From contig JAUFOQ010000006.1 of the NCBI GenBank assembly GCA_040285855.1, positions 1,798,001 through 1,862,000 of the forward strand: a stretch of DNA of 64,000 nucleotides, given 5' to 3'. Below, piece after piece: positions 24,063-33,710 of the stretch. The first letter of the stretch is position 1, and every line of letters starts with the position of its first letter. The notes beneath the pieces were generated by a model. That model worked only from the letters and a program-made list of their open reading frames with translations. It was not told where the DNA came from and searched no databases. The position numbers and the translations under genes were made by a program. This stretch comes from Eukaryota sp. GEM-RC1. Lineage: Eukaryota.

Positions 24063-25880
24063 CTAAACATCTGGAAATCGATTCAGATGATTGAGAAACC
24101 TCTTTTTACAGGGAAACAACTGAGAAATGAACAAAAGATGGTTCTTGATGAACTGATTGGCGAGACTCTGAAACTGATTTAAATCACAATCATCAGTGAT
24201 ATTTGATTGAGCGTCAGCAATCATTTGGTTGAACTGATCACTGATAGAGGAAAGTTCCATCATGTCCGACAGTGATTTTAATACAAAAAGATCAACAAAC
24301 AAATGGTTTGGGCAGGTTTGGTCCTTCAGAAATGATGAATAAACGTCAAATGAAAACTGTAAGAACTGTAGAGCAAAAGTTTGTCGTAATTCATTGGAAA
24401 GAGACGTTATCAGATTGAAATTGTCACGAGAAAGAAGATATTCAAATAATTTCAAAAGATAATCAGAGCAAAACGTAGAACAAGTAATGATTTGTGATAC
24501 ATTAAGAGACTGAAACATTCTCGGAACAACAACAGCAAAAGCTCGTAATGAAACGTCATTGATTGAGTGACTAGAACCCTGGAAACAGTCAGAAACCAAC
24601 GACAAATAGGAAAGTGACAGCGAGTGATTGAGATCAGAGTCTTTAAGAGTCAAGAGGTGATTTGATAGAAGCTCAAACAGTTTTGTTTGGAATATTTGAA
24701 AACTTGCCAGATTAGAATATTTTTGAGCAAGTTCAGCAACTGTACAGAATAACTTGGAAGTTGATGACTGTTGATTTTGAAATCGTTGAAATTTCAATAA
24801 ATTGAAAACCTTCAAAGAAAACATCTGAGAGTATCTACCATGGAAATCTTCAATCGACGAAATAAATCCACTTATAAAAGCGTCGGTTTCCACGACTTCA
24901 GCTTTTCTAATCAAAACTGACAGATGGTATGATTGAGAAAAGAGATCACTGATTGACTGTGATACATCGGAAGAAGCAAAACCATATACACGTGACGTTA
25001 CCAAGTGCTCAACAACAGTAGAGATCAACTGATTAGCAATCACATTTTGATTGGGAAGTAACTGATTTTCAACTACTTCCAGAAACAGTACTTCATGACC
25101 TGAACAACACACTGACAGATGCTCAAACGAAGTAGAGTGAGTCTGTTTCCAAGAAAGAAACGCATTGGAGAGAGAATTAAAGAAACAAAACAGCGAATGA
25201 ACAGAAGTCAGTTTTAAAAGGATTGAGTGCATCCAGGAAAGGAAGTTGTCTAGGAAATGATTTAGGGAAAACTTTGGAGTAGATACAAACAATTGAAAGA
25301 GGTTGTGCATGAAACTAGACAGGTCAGAATTCTGAGCTCTACTCTCATCACGTGATAGTAGCAGAACAACATCACTAATGCACGAATCAACATGACTTTC
25401 AAAGACAAATTCATGTTCACAAATCAAAAGGTGAAGTTCGTCTTCTAACGAGTACATGGAGGATGATCTTTGCTTGGTTGAAACAAGTAGTTCATAATTA
25501 TTCGACAGACGGCACAATAAGGATGGTGAATTGTCTTCCAAGAAATCATGAAGGTCATTGGATATGGATTCCATGGGGCTTATAGTGCAGAGAGGAAGGG
25601 AGGAGAGATTGGATAAACAGGTTGGTGGGGTTTCTAGAAACGACCAGGTGGAGTGGAGAGAATTGACAAAGGATTGGCATGAAGATATATCGTTTTGCAT
25701 GACTGTCAGACCTTCAACACATTCAAGTAGTATGTTGGAGTTGTCTTGAATGACTGCTTGAAGTTCACTGTCCTTAGAGGCTATATTGGCAGATAATGCA
25801 GCTAAGACAGGATTAATGTTGGACGGAGCGGTTTTTGAAAAGATCTGAAGAGCTTCATCCTCTACAGATGTGTGTATCAT
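24063..25880 (-). CDS. Vps51/COG1-like tethering-complex subunit (tentative)
   Basis: Intact 605-aa helical ORF. N-terminal IASKDSELQAVIQDNSNILLECVEGLTVM resembles the Vps51/COG1 N-terminal coiled-coil domain. Confidence 0.5.
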   Translation of the reverse strand: MIHTSVEDEALQIFSKTAPSNINPVLAALSANIASKDSELQAVIQDNSNILLECVEGLTVMQNDISSCQSFVNSLHSTWSFLETPPTCLSNLSSLPLCTISPMESISNDLHDFLEDNSPSLLCRLSNNYELLVSTKQRSSSMYSLEDELHLLICEHEFVFESHVDSCISDVVLLLSRDESRAQNSDLSSFMHNLFQLFVSTPKFSLNHFLDNFLSWMHSILLKLTSVHSLFCFFNSLSNAFLSWKQTHSTSFEHLSVCCSGHEVLFLEVVENQLLPNQNVIANQLISTVVEHLVTSRVYGFASSDVSQSISDLFSQSYHLSVLIRKAEVVETDAFISGFISSIEDFHGRYSQMFSLKVFNLLKFQRFQNQQSSTSKLFCTVAELAQKYSNLASFQIFQTKLFELLSNHLLTLKDSDLNHSLSLSYLSLVSDCFQGSSHSINDVSLRAFAVVVPRMFQSLNVSQIITCSTFCSDYLLKLFEYLLSRDNFNLITSLSNELRQTFALQFLQFSFDVYSSFLKDQTCPNHLFVDLFVLKSLSDMMELSSISDQFNQMIADAQSNITDDCDLNQFQSLANQFIKNHLLFISQLFPCKKRFLNHLNRFPDV

Positions 25881-26832
25881 GAGAAGTTGGTTAAGTATAT
25901 GAGATTAAACTGTAATTCGAAAACCAGGATCAGGTTTAATTGTATTAGCTTGGCTAAAACTAATAGTCCCGAGTTCGCTGCTTTTTTGATTGACCTTTGT
26001 AATAGTGGACCGTCTGGATTTATTTCTCAAATTCCAAAGGTGTATGGATTACATCTATCCGATGAAGCTTGAATGATCAATATGCGTCTTCGTTTGACTC
26101 TTTGGCCTGCAAATTTATTAAACTATTCAACTTGCTCTTGTGGAGCTAATGGTGTTTTTCGTCATTTAATTAATTGTCGTTATTTTATTCATCTACGTGC
26201 AGTAATTCATGATGGTGTACGTGATTTTTGTTATTCCATGTTTAAAGCACATGGTTTTCACTTTAAAGTTGAACCAGTTTTGAATCATCTTTCAGAAAAA
26301 GAATTTACTGATCAAAAAGAGGCTTAAATCGAGTCAATCATTAATGGATTTTACTACAGTAGATGTATGTAACAAATCTTGTGTTAGTAGGATATTAGAT
26401 TCTTCTTTTAATCCATTAACAGCAGCTGAAAAGCTCAAACACTCCAAGTATAACTCTCAAGTAGAAGAATTAAATAGAAACTCATATTCCAAATTTGTGT
26501 TTCAACCTTTTGCTGTTTCTCTTTTTGGATCTATTAGTCCTGCTGGTGATCAATTTTTCAAGGATTTCGAAGAATTGTGTAAAGAAAAGAAGCGCAAGTT
26601 TAGAGCGGCTGAATGGAAAAAGCGTATAGTGTTTTCCTTATATCGGAATATGCCTTTCTATTTCTCTAGATTAATTGAGAAATTGTACAAGTTTGGTGTG
26701 AAGGTTAATGTTGATAAACGTAATCTTTTACCGGGTGGTGTTGAAGTCGTTTGGATTTAATCTTAGTATTATTTGTTTGTTTTTACAATTTCATAGTTTG
26801 TAGGAAGGTTACCTTATTGGGTGCCGAATAAA
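25878..26832 (+). mobile_element. 5'-truncated RLE retrotransposon (family C, copy 1), defective
   Basis: MRLRL..WP, Zn knuckle CSCG...HLINC, IHDGVRD, VEP, DFTTVD, K..KY, FQPFAVSLFG. In-frame TGA at 26070-26072 and a lesion after KRG. Nearly identical inverted copy at 62848-63714; homology ends at AATAAA. Confidence 0.88.
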
Positions 26833-27694
26833 GGTTTTCTGTTTTGTTTCTTTAAACTATTATAATGAATCAAGTAATAGTTTTCATTGATTACAACCCA
26901 TTGTCCATTAATTTTCTAATAACAATATACTAGTATTACCATTAATTCTTTGCTGTAAATTGTGCCTACTGTTTGGAGATTCATTGTTTCAGAATGCTTA
27001 AAGGTTCACCTTTCGTACTTGATCAAAGTAGAATGTCATCGACACCAACTCCTTTGAAGCAATGTTGTCTTCATTTATTTCATTAATGAGTAGAACGAAA
27101 TATGCTAGATGCTATTGCTGCACATCATTTCCATGATCAAAGATGTTGTTGTAGTTTATGTTCGAATTTGATCCTGATGTCACTTAATACGGTAAATATT
27201 TAGTAAATATTTTAATCCATACATATGTCTCGTTGAGGGATGCTTTTATGTTCAGTTTATTGGTCCAAATTATTGCAGTCAATAGGATCATTTCCAATTA
27301 TTGATTGGGGTCAAATAATTTGTGACAAAAGATTGCATTTAGTTGTTACCAGCACCTTTTCTCAAACGGGGTTTTCAAAGCACAAAAACTAGAAGACTGT
27401 ATTGTATAAATCGCATTTGGTAATACACCATTGTATTTTTTCTGCATTATTTAATGTACTCGTTGTAGGGGATAAATCGTATGGAATAGTTTTGTTTTGG
27501 GAGCCAATCCTGGCTGATTTGTTTGATGCGAATGTTGACAAATCATTTGGAAATAGCTGTTCTCCATGCATTTTTCATTATTGCTGTTGTTACGTCAATC
27601 CGATGTTTGTAATGATTCCAATATCAAATTTACAAACCCTAAGGCTAAAAATTCTGTTCTAAATTGAGAAATGCAAAGTGGAACAATACTGAAT

Positions 27695-27995
27695 GAATTC
27701 GCTTTCTAACTCAATTACTTGTTGTACCCTTTTTTATTTTCATTGCACGGTTCTCTAGGTGAATCTGCAACATCATTACTTGAAATCTTTGTGAAGATTG
27801 TTAAAGAAAAAACATCTAGGAACAATCGCATTGTGTCTGCCATTTTTAAAGGTATTTTGACCTCTGTTTCTAACGCTGTATTATCTCTTGGCAGGCACTA
27901 TGAAGACTAGGTTGGTCAAAATTTCCACATAGGACATTTGGACTTTGAAGATATTGTTTAATAGTTATAAGTACACTTCAGTGTTGTTGTTAATA
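27695..27995 (+). mobile_element. RLE retrotransposon 3' fragment (family A, copy 2), degraded
   Basis: High nucleotide similarity to ~90-410, with an internal deletion and a premature stop. Confidence 0.85.
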
Positions 27996-28057
27996 GAGTA
28001 GTGATATAAACGAGTGAAGTTCATTGTGAAGATCACCTGAACAAATTCATACTTTTA

Positions 28058-28620
28058 CACTGCTTTTTCTAATTATTCTCATTGAGACTAATTTGCAAGG
28101 AAATTTTCGTCATCAATTTTAGAATTAGTCCCATTGAGACTAATTTGCTGATGAGACTACTTCAAAAGGTTACCCTAATTTGAAGACTACTTTATCATTG
28201 CTTATTACTGTTCATTGCGAAAAACTATTGATCATTGATAATAGGGGCTTAATAATACTAGCCCCATAAAAACACTCCGAACATTTTCCAAAAACAAGGT
28301 ACATTTGAGTGATGTTTAATTGCTCGAACAGAATCCACGTCCACGTGCAGCTTATCTAGTCCGTACTGCCATCAGAATCCCAATTATCTTCGTCGGAGGT
28401 ATTAACAGCAGGGTTTTGAGGTCGAGTGATGTGTGCTTAAACGAAACCAAACACTGCAAAGATCGGTCATGATAAGACATGAAGGTATTCCATTAAAATA
28501 GGGGATATGAAAACCAAAAATAGCAGAAATACTCACAGAGTGTATTTGGATTATAGTCTCACTGAGACTAAATTGCTGATGAGACTAATTAGCTGATGAG
28601 ACTAATTAGACAAACCAGTG
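28058..28620. mobile_element. TA-flanked MITE-like element (563 bp)
   Basis: Imperfect 25-bp TIRs CACTGCTTTTTCTAATTATTCTCAT / CACTGGTTTGTCTAATTAGTCTCAT; TA on both sides (28056-57, 28621-22); subterminal TGAGACTAATT repeats. Confidence 0.7.
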
Positions 28621-28683
28621 TAGTAGGACAAAATCATGAGGACAAAATCATTTTCATTCCATCAAAACGTCAGTTACATCATC

Positions 28684-30260
28684 ATGAACAAAGACGATGT
28701 TGTTCTTCACAAACCAACCTCCCGTTTAGGTACAATACTCGCCAAGTTTGACGACTATCAGGAAGTCAATTCCCCGTCATTTGTAGGATATATTACGGAT
28801 GCAAGTGAATGTCGATGTGAGTTCTTCTCCTTCATTAACAAAACCATCTCACTTTCAATTGAAATTGTTCCTCTTAGTGAGCTTAAAACTATGGACAGAC
28901 AATTCTCTGCGGGAGATTTAGTAACCTACAATGATGTTCCAGGACTAGTGCTCAAGAACGATATCACATGCTCTGTCTATCATTTCCTATCTCAAAGGAT
29001 TTACCACAACGTTTCGTGTTCTTCACTAAGCCTTCCCTTCTTCAGCCTGCAGTACCCCGTTCTTCTAGACGGCAATACTGTTGGGTCTATTGAGGACGTT
29101 TATTGTACAGTTACTGTCCAAGAAGCCAACTCTGATAACGTCATCGAAGACCTCGAAATTGATGACATTTGTGAGGTGGATGCACATCAAAGCCCTCTGG
29201 ATCCTGTGTTGGGACTTCCTGTTCATTTAGAAAATGATGCCAGTGATTCACGTCAGCAATACGTCATCTCAGCACTCAAATGTAATGAAGTTGATATTCG
29301 AATAATATTTCCTGAAGATGATTCTCTTCCAGTTCTGTACAATACAGAAACATCTCGTATTTCCTTTTTCCCGTCTCTCTCTTCATTCTACTCTTCAGGA
29401 CCAGGACCAATCTCTATTGGTGATTCTCTGCATTGGTCTGATTCTCCAACTTCTCTTTCTGGCGTTATGGTTACCAATACTCATTCTAAAGTTCTCTGTC
29501 AGTTTCAAGATGGGTCAAAACAGTGGATTAAAGGTACTGAATTAAAGAGTATCGAAGATCCTTGTGATTTTGATTATATTTATCCAAATACTTTGGTAAG
29601 ATCTAGTGATGCTGAACTATTCCTGGTTAAATCTGTTGATTGCAAAAGTGGTATTGTTAAGTGCTTGAATTCTGATAAAAAAGAAGTAGAGAAAGAGTTA
29701 TTTGATTTAACTTGTTTTAATACTGAGCTATTACCTTCTGCTATTGTTTCATTTAATCAAGATGAACAATTATTTGGAGTGTTCTCTGGATTTGACTCGG
29801 ATTTTAAAGCAAAAGTAGTGGGTGTTGATTCTACAGAGTACCATGTAGATCCATCAAAGCTTTCAGTGATTGACATTGATGACGAGTTTCAATCTGATGA
29901 GGAGTCTGAATTAGATAGCGATTGCTCATCATCTGAGGGTACTAAATCAGATCAAGTCAATCAAATTGATTTGGCTCTTTCTGATGCTGGTGATGACAGT
30001 GAATCAATCAATGTTCGTACTAGGAAAACAAAATAAACAAATATTTGTAATTTCTAATTTTGCAGTATCTGATGATCTTTTACCTCCAGAATTTACTAAT
30101 GATATGGACTATATTCCCTGGATTAAAGGTCAAAAAATTGACATTGCTCTAGTTCGAAGGACTAACTCTGAAATTAAACAATTTGCAGATCTCCCAGAAG
30201 GAATTTCCGTTTTCCAATCAAGTCAAAACCTTTGCTTCTTTAGAACTGTCATAATAGACC
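28684..30260 (+). pseudogene. Inverted partial duplicate of the UBE2O-like gene, lacking the UBC catalytic core
   Basis: Very high identity to the reverse complement of ~11085-12641. A 22-bp insertion at 30031-30052 creates a stop, and homology ends at FRTVII before the catalytic Cys. Confidence 0.9.
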
Positions 30261-30349
30261 AACTTCTTACAAATTTCTGAAATAGTGCAGTATATGTTAA
30301 GCTATTGTTACAATTTAAGTTGAATGACCAATATACAAGTATCAGAAAA

Positions 30350-30765
30350 ACGCTGAATTGAAGTATGTCCATTTGCTCTATCAACTTACAATTTGTTTTG
30401 GAAAAGTTGCATTGAATTTGCTAAATGATTTCGGTAAAACAATTATAAAGAGAATGTTCAAACGTTTTGATCATATATTATGGTCGAATTGTAAAACAAA
30501 TGGGATTTATGATTCATCAGTGAAATAATGGATTGTGCAAAAATAATGTTACTTCAAGAACAGAAAAATCATCAAAATTGATCTTGAATTGCAAGAATCA
30601 ACAGTTGTGAAGTCGATGATAATTTCCTGCCAAGATAACCAAGGACCAATCAAATCACCACGACTTCTAACCACTTTTGACTGATCAGAAAGATCAGCAA
30701 GTAAAGGTTACTGTTTTCAAAACAATTCCTCTGTTCGTCCCCAAAACATTACTAGGAGTGAGTTA
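30350..30765 (+). mobile_element. Degraded family B RLE fragment in two pieces (~30350-30490 and ~30708-30765)
   Basis: Matches CPFA...GKVALNLLNDFGK...RFDHILW, then TVFKTIPL after ~215 bp of unrelated sequence. Confidence 0.6.
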
Positions 30766-31220
30766 TCTTAAAATTAATGCCAATGTTAACCAACAACTGC
30801 AAGTAACACCGCAGTACATCCTATTACCTTCGCTATAACCATCAAATTTGATTGCAAATATCCGTCATCATAGAAAGAGATTTATCCAACATTTCCCCTT
30901 TTAATTAGTATTATTTGCTTGGATGACACAAAAAATAGCCCTAAGAGTTTGAATATCATCACGTCGTCACTAGTATCGTGAAGAATAGTCCTGTTTGAAC
31001 CAAATACATCCCACAATAACCAATAAAATTATAGACATGACTTGTTCAAAACATTAGCAGCAAATAATTCAAAATCAAAGAAATAGTTTTGTGCTGAATT
31101 TCAGTCGCCAAGATTATTTTTGCAGTTTCCAAATAAAATTGGGTAGGTGACAATACAATACATCTTCTTGAAAAGGACCACATTGTAATTCTGGAAAACA
31201 ACTTGACAAATCATAACGAG

Positions 31221-31937
31221 TCACCTTGACTTGTATTTCTCCATCTTCTTCAACACCTTAGCCAGAGGCATCCACGGTACAGCATCGTGACAAGACAATG
31301 GTCGAACCACTGCTTCCTTCTTGTTGAAACCGGTCTCCTCATGTAACTCCAGTAGAGATGGTAATGAAAGAGGTCCAACAAGGCTCTCGTCATGAGGGGT
31401 TTTCTTCAGTACAACGGTGTAATCTTGACAAATTTGACAGGGAAGTTGGTACATGATTTCAGGGAGATGATTCAGACGCTCACAATACTCAGTAACCATT
31501 TCAAATTCCTTGGAGTATCCAGCTGAAACCCATCTAATGATAGCTTCCTTGGGAGTTTCACATGCAGCCAACAGAAATACAAGATCCCTGGGGACGTCGT
31601 CATCGGATGTAGTATCAGTAACCTTCCATTGGGACTCAGATTCTACATTTCTTTTTTTAAGAGGAGGTGTAAAGAGCTTGTGGGCAGAATCCTCAAGCCA
31701 AACATCGTCTCGGTGCAAACGATTGACATTACCAATGGAATCAATTTCAGGTTCATCTGGTATGTCTGTCGTTGTAAATGGTGCTAATAAAAAATCACTG
31801 TAGTCGGATGTGTATAAACCACCAGCAGTAGGTTGCTTTGGCTCTACTAATAAGGGTGCAGGGTGATCGTGAGAAGGTGATGCATCGAAAGCGGATGAGT
31901 CAGATTCTGAGGAAGATGAAGAAAGATCGTCGGCCAT
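31221..31937 (-). CDS. CD2BP2/Lin1 (U5-52K)-like protein with a degenerate GYF domain (tentative)
   Basis: APFTTTDIPDEPEIDSIGN...DDVWLED, ETPKEAIIR and C-terminal VGPLSL...ETGF...VVR resemble CD2BP2. Likely ATG 31937. Confidence 0.5.
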   Translation of the reverse strand: MADDLSSSSSESDSSAFDASPSHDHPAPLLVEPKQPTAGGLYTSDYSDFLLAPFTTTDIPDEPEIDSIGNVNRLHRDDVWLEDSAHKLFTPPLKKRNVESESQWKVTDTTSDDDVPRDLVFLLAACETPKEAIIRWVSAGYSKEFEMVTEYCERLNHLPEIMYQLPCQICQDYTVVLKKTPHDESLVGPLSLPSLLELHEETGFNKKEAVVRPLSCHDAVPWMPLAKVLKKMEKYKSR

Positions 31938-32145
31938 TGGAAGAAGAAATCCAATCAAATTTTTGTCTCTACTGCATATGTCAGTACTTTCGCTCCTCAA
32001 AAATCCTTTAGATGAGGTATTGTTGCTACTTAGGCTTTAATCTCAGTCTAAACGGACCGCAATTGTTAATATCTGTCAGGACGTGTTAACTGTGTTCACC
32101 GCGGAATACCTCAAATGCTTTAAAAATGAACTCATTGATAGGATT

Positions 32146-33606
32146 ATGTCTGAGGCTAATGAGGCGACTCCCTCAAACTATCTGCTCTCAGAAAGGCCCA
32201 TAGATACATCTCCTTTGAAAACTGGCTATCTTGTTAAACAAGGTGGCAATCGAAAGAATTGGAAGCGCCGCTGGTTTATCGTCAAATATAACCACGAAGT
32301 TGAGTATTGGGAAAGCGAAGAAGCATACAATACCGAAGGTGCTCGTCCCAAAGGTACTATTGCTTGTAGAGGTCTAAGAGTGATCCCCGATGTCAGTTTG
32401 GAAGGACATCAATTCCTCTTTGAACTCCGACATTCAGTGAAGCGTTGCTGGTTCCTCGAAGCAGAAAGTGAAGAGGACAAGGAAGACTGGATCCGCATTC
32501 TCAAGCAATGTACCCGCAAGGCCAGAGTTCCTCTGAACGAAGATCCTGTTATGAGAGAAGCTTTCATTACCGCTTATCATGCTACCCGCTGGTCAATGGG
32601 TATCTGGGATTCCATCATCTACTGGATCACCTGTCCTGAGGGAGAGCAACTTGGACTCCTCATCTCTTGTAAACTTGAACGTGAACTGCTTTCTGATGTT
32701 TACGCCGCTCTACCCAATGGAGGATCTGGAAAGATTGGTCACCTCGCTCGTAAATCGGTCCAGAAAACTGTCAATTCTATCGTTGGTGGTGCTGTATCAA
32801 CTTCATGGAAAGCTGTCAGCGGTCAAGTTGCCGATATTAAGCCCACACTTGAAGATGGTGTTCGTAAAGTTCTTGGACCTATCGCTGAAGCTGAATCCGG
32901 TCTTCGAATCAAGATTAAGAATGCCATCTTAGATACTCTTCAGCCCATATTGGACGCCACTGTTACTCCTGTCATTACCAAAGTATTTGATATCCTTTGC
33001 AGCTCCATTGTAGAATCCTACACTGTATTGATCCAAATCTACGATGAAATCATCAACGACCTTCGTGAAACCGCCCCTGACAAGTTTAGCCAAGCCATGA
33101 AGAGAGTTTATGGTCAAATCTTCTATCCTTGGAATAACAAGTTGTGGCCTGCCAGAAAATGTCTTAACGGGTGTCGTGAGAAATTGGAAGTGTTGAACGA
33201 CTTAGTTAGGGAAATCAGCCCCTATCACATCATTTCTGAGTTGGGTGATTCTCTAGTTCGATTAATGAACAATGCCATGTTCACTTTGGAAGATGAAATG
33301 CAAGGAGGTGCTGATCTCGATACCGCTGCCGCTTCTGTTCGCCAAAAACTCATCAATGATTGTAGAGAGACTTTGAAAGACACTAGTCATCAAATTCTGT
33401 ATGATCTTGTATCTAACCCTCTACGACAAAAGGCTATTCCTAGTGTTACTTCCATTGTAGAACCTTTGGATTCAATGATCCCTGATCCAGTTAAGGAGTT
33501 CGTTTCCGTTTCCAAGTCGCTTAATCAGCTCTTGGACGATCTTTTACACGAGATTATTAGTGATAGCACCCGTGAAGCCTCTGAAGGAGCTCTTTGCGAT
33601 GTATAG
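32146..33606 (+). CDS. PH-domain protein, Niban/FAM129-like
   Basis: PH domain (KTGYLVKQGGNRKNWKRRWF...EDWIRILKQC), then EAFITAYHATRWSMGIW and a helical region. Likely ATG 32146. Confidence 0.7.
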   Translation: MSEANEATPSNYLLSERPIDTSPLKTGYLVKQGGNRKNWKRRWFIVKYNHEVEYWESEEAYNTEGARPKGTIACRGLRVIPDVSLEGHQFLFELRHSVKRCWFLEAESEEDKEDWIRILKQCTRKARVPLNEDPVMREAFITAYHATRWSMGIWDSIIYWITCPEGEQLGLLISCKLERELLSDVYAALPNGGSGKIGHLARKSVQKTVNSIVGGAVSTSWKAVSGQVADIKPTLEDGVRKVLGPIAEAESGLRIKIKNAILDTLQPILDATVTPVITKVFDILCSSIVESYTVLIQIYDEIINDLRETAPDKFSQAMKRVYGQIFYPWNNKLWPARKCLNGCREKLEVLNDLVREISPYHIISELGDSLVRLMNNAMFTLEDEMQGGADLDTAAASVRQKLINDCRETLKDTSHQILYDLVSNPLRQKAIPSVTSIVEPLDSMIPDPVKEFVSVSKSLNQLLDDLLHEIISDSTREASEGALCDV

Positions 33607-33710
33607 ATGTTTACGATTAGGTTCTTTTTGTTGTAATTATAAACTTATCAATGTTTGCTTCCTTTTGAATTCTAATTCTTTATTACAGTAGAAATACAAA
33701 TCTATACAAC

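Noticed and set aside
26070..26072. In-frame TGA at a Trp position in both family C copies, suggesting UGA=Trp
   Set aside because: Host genes end in TGA (VPS41, TTLL, the coiled-coil gene) and use TGG for Trp; a shared TGG>TGA mutation in a dead element is simpler.
26900..27660. Possible degraded RT or other coding remnant on the minus strand (e.g. KGVGVDDI)
   Set aside because: It is too decayed to assign, with no diagnostic RT motifs visible.
28575..28615. CTGATGAG repeats resembling a hammerhead ribozyme core
   Set aside because: There is no GAAA core or stem I/III pairing; the words are subterminal repeats of the TIR element.
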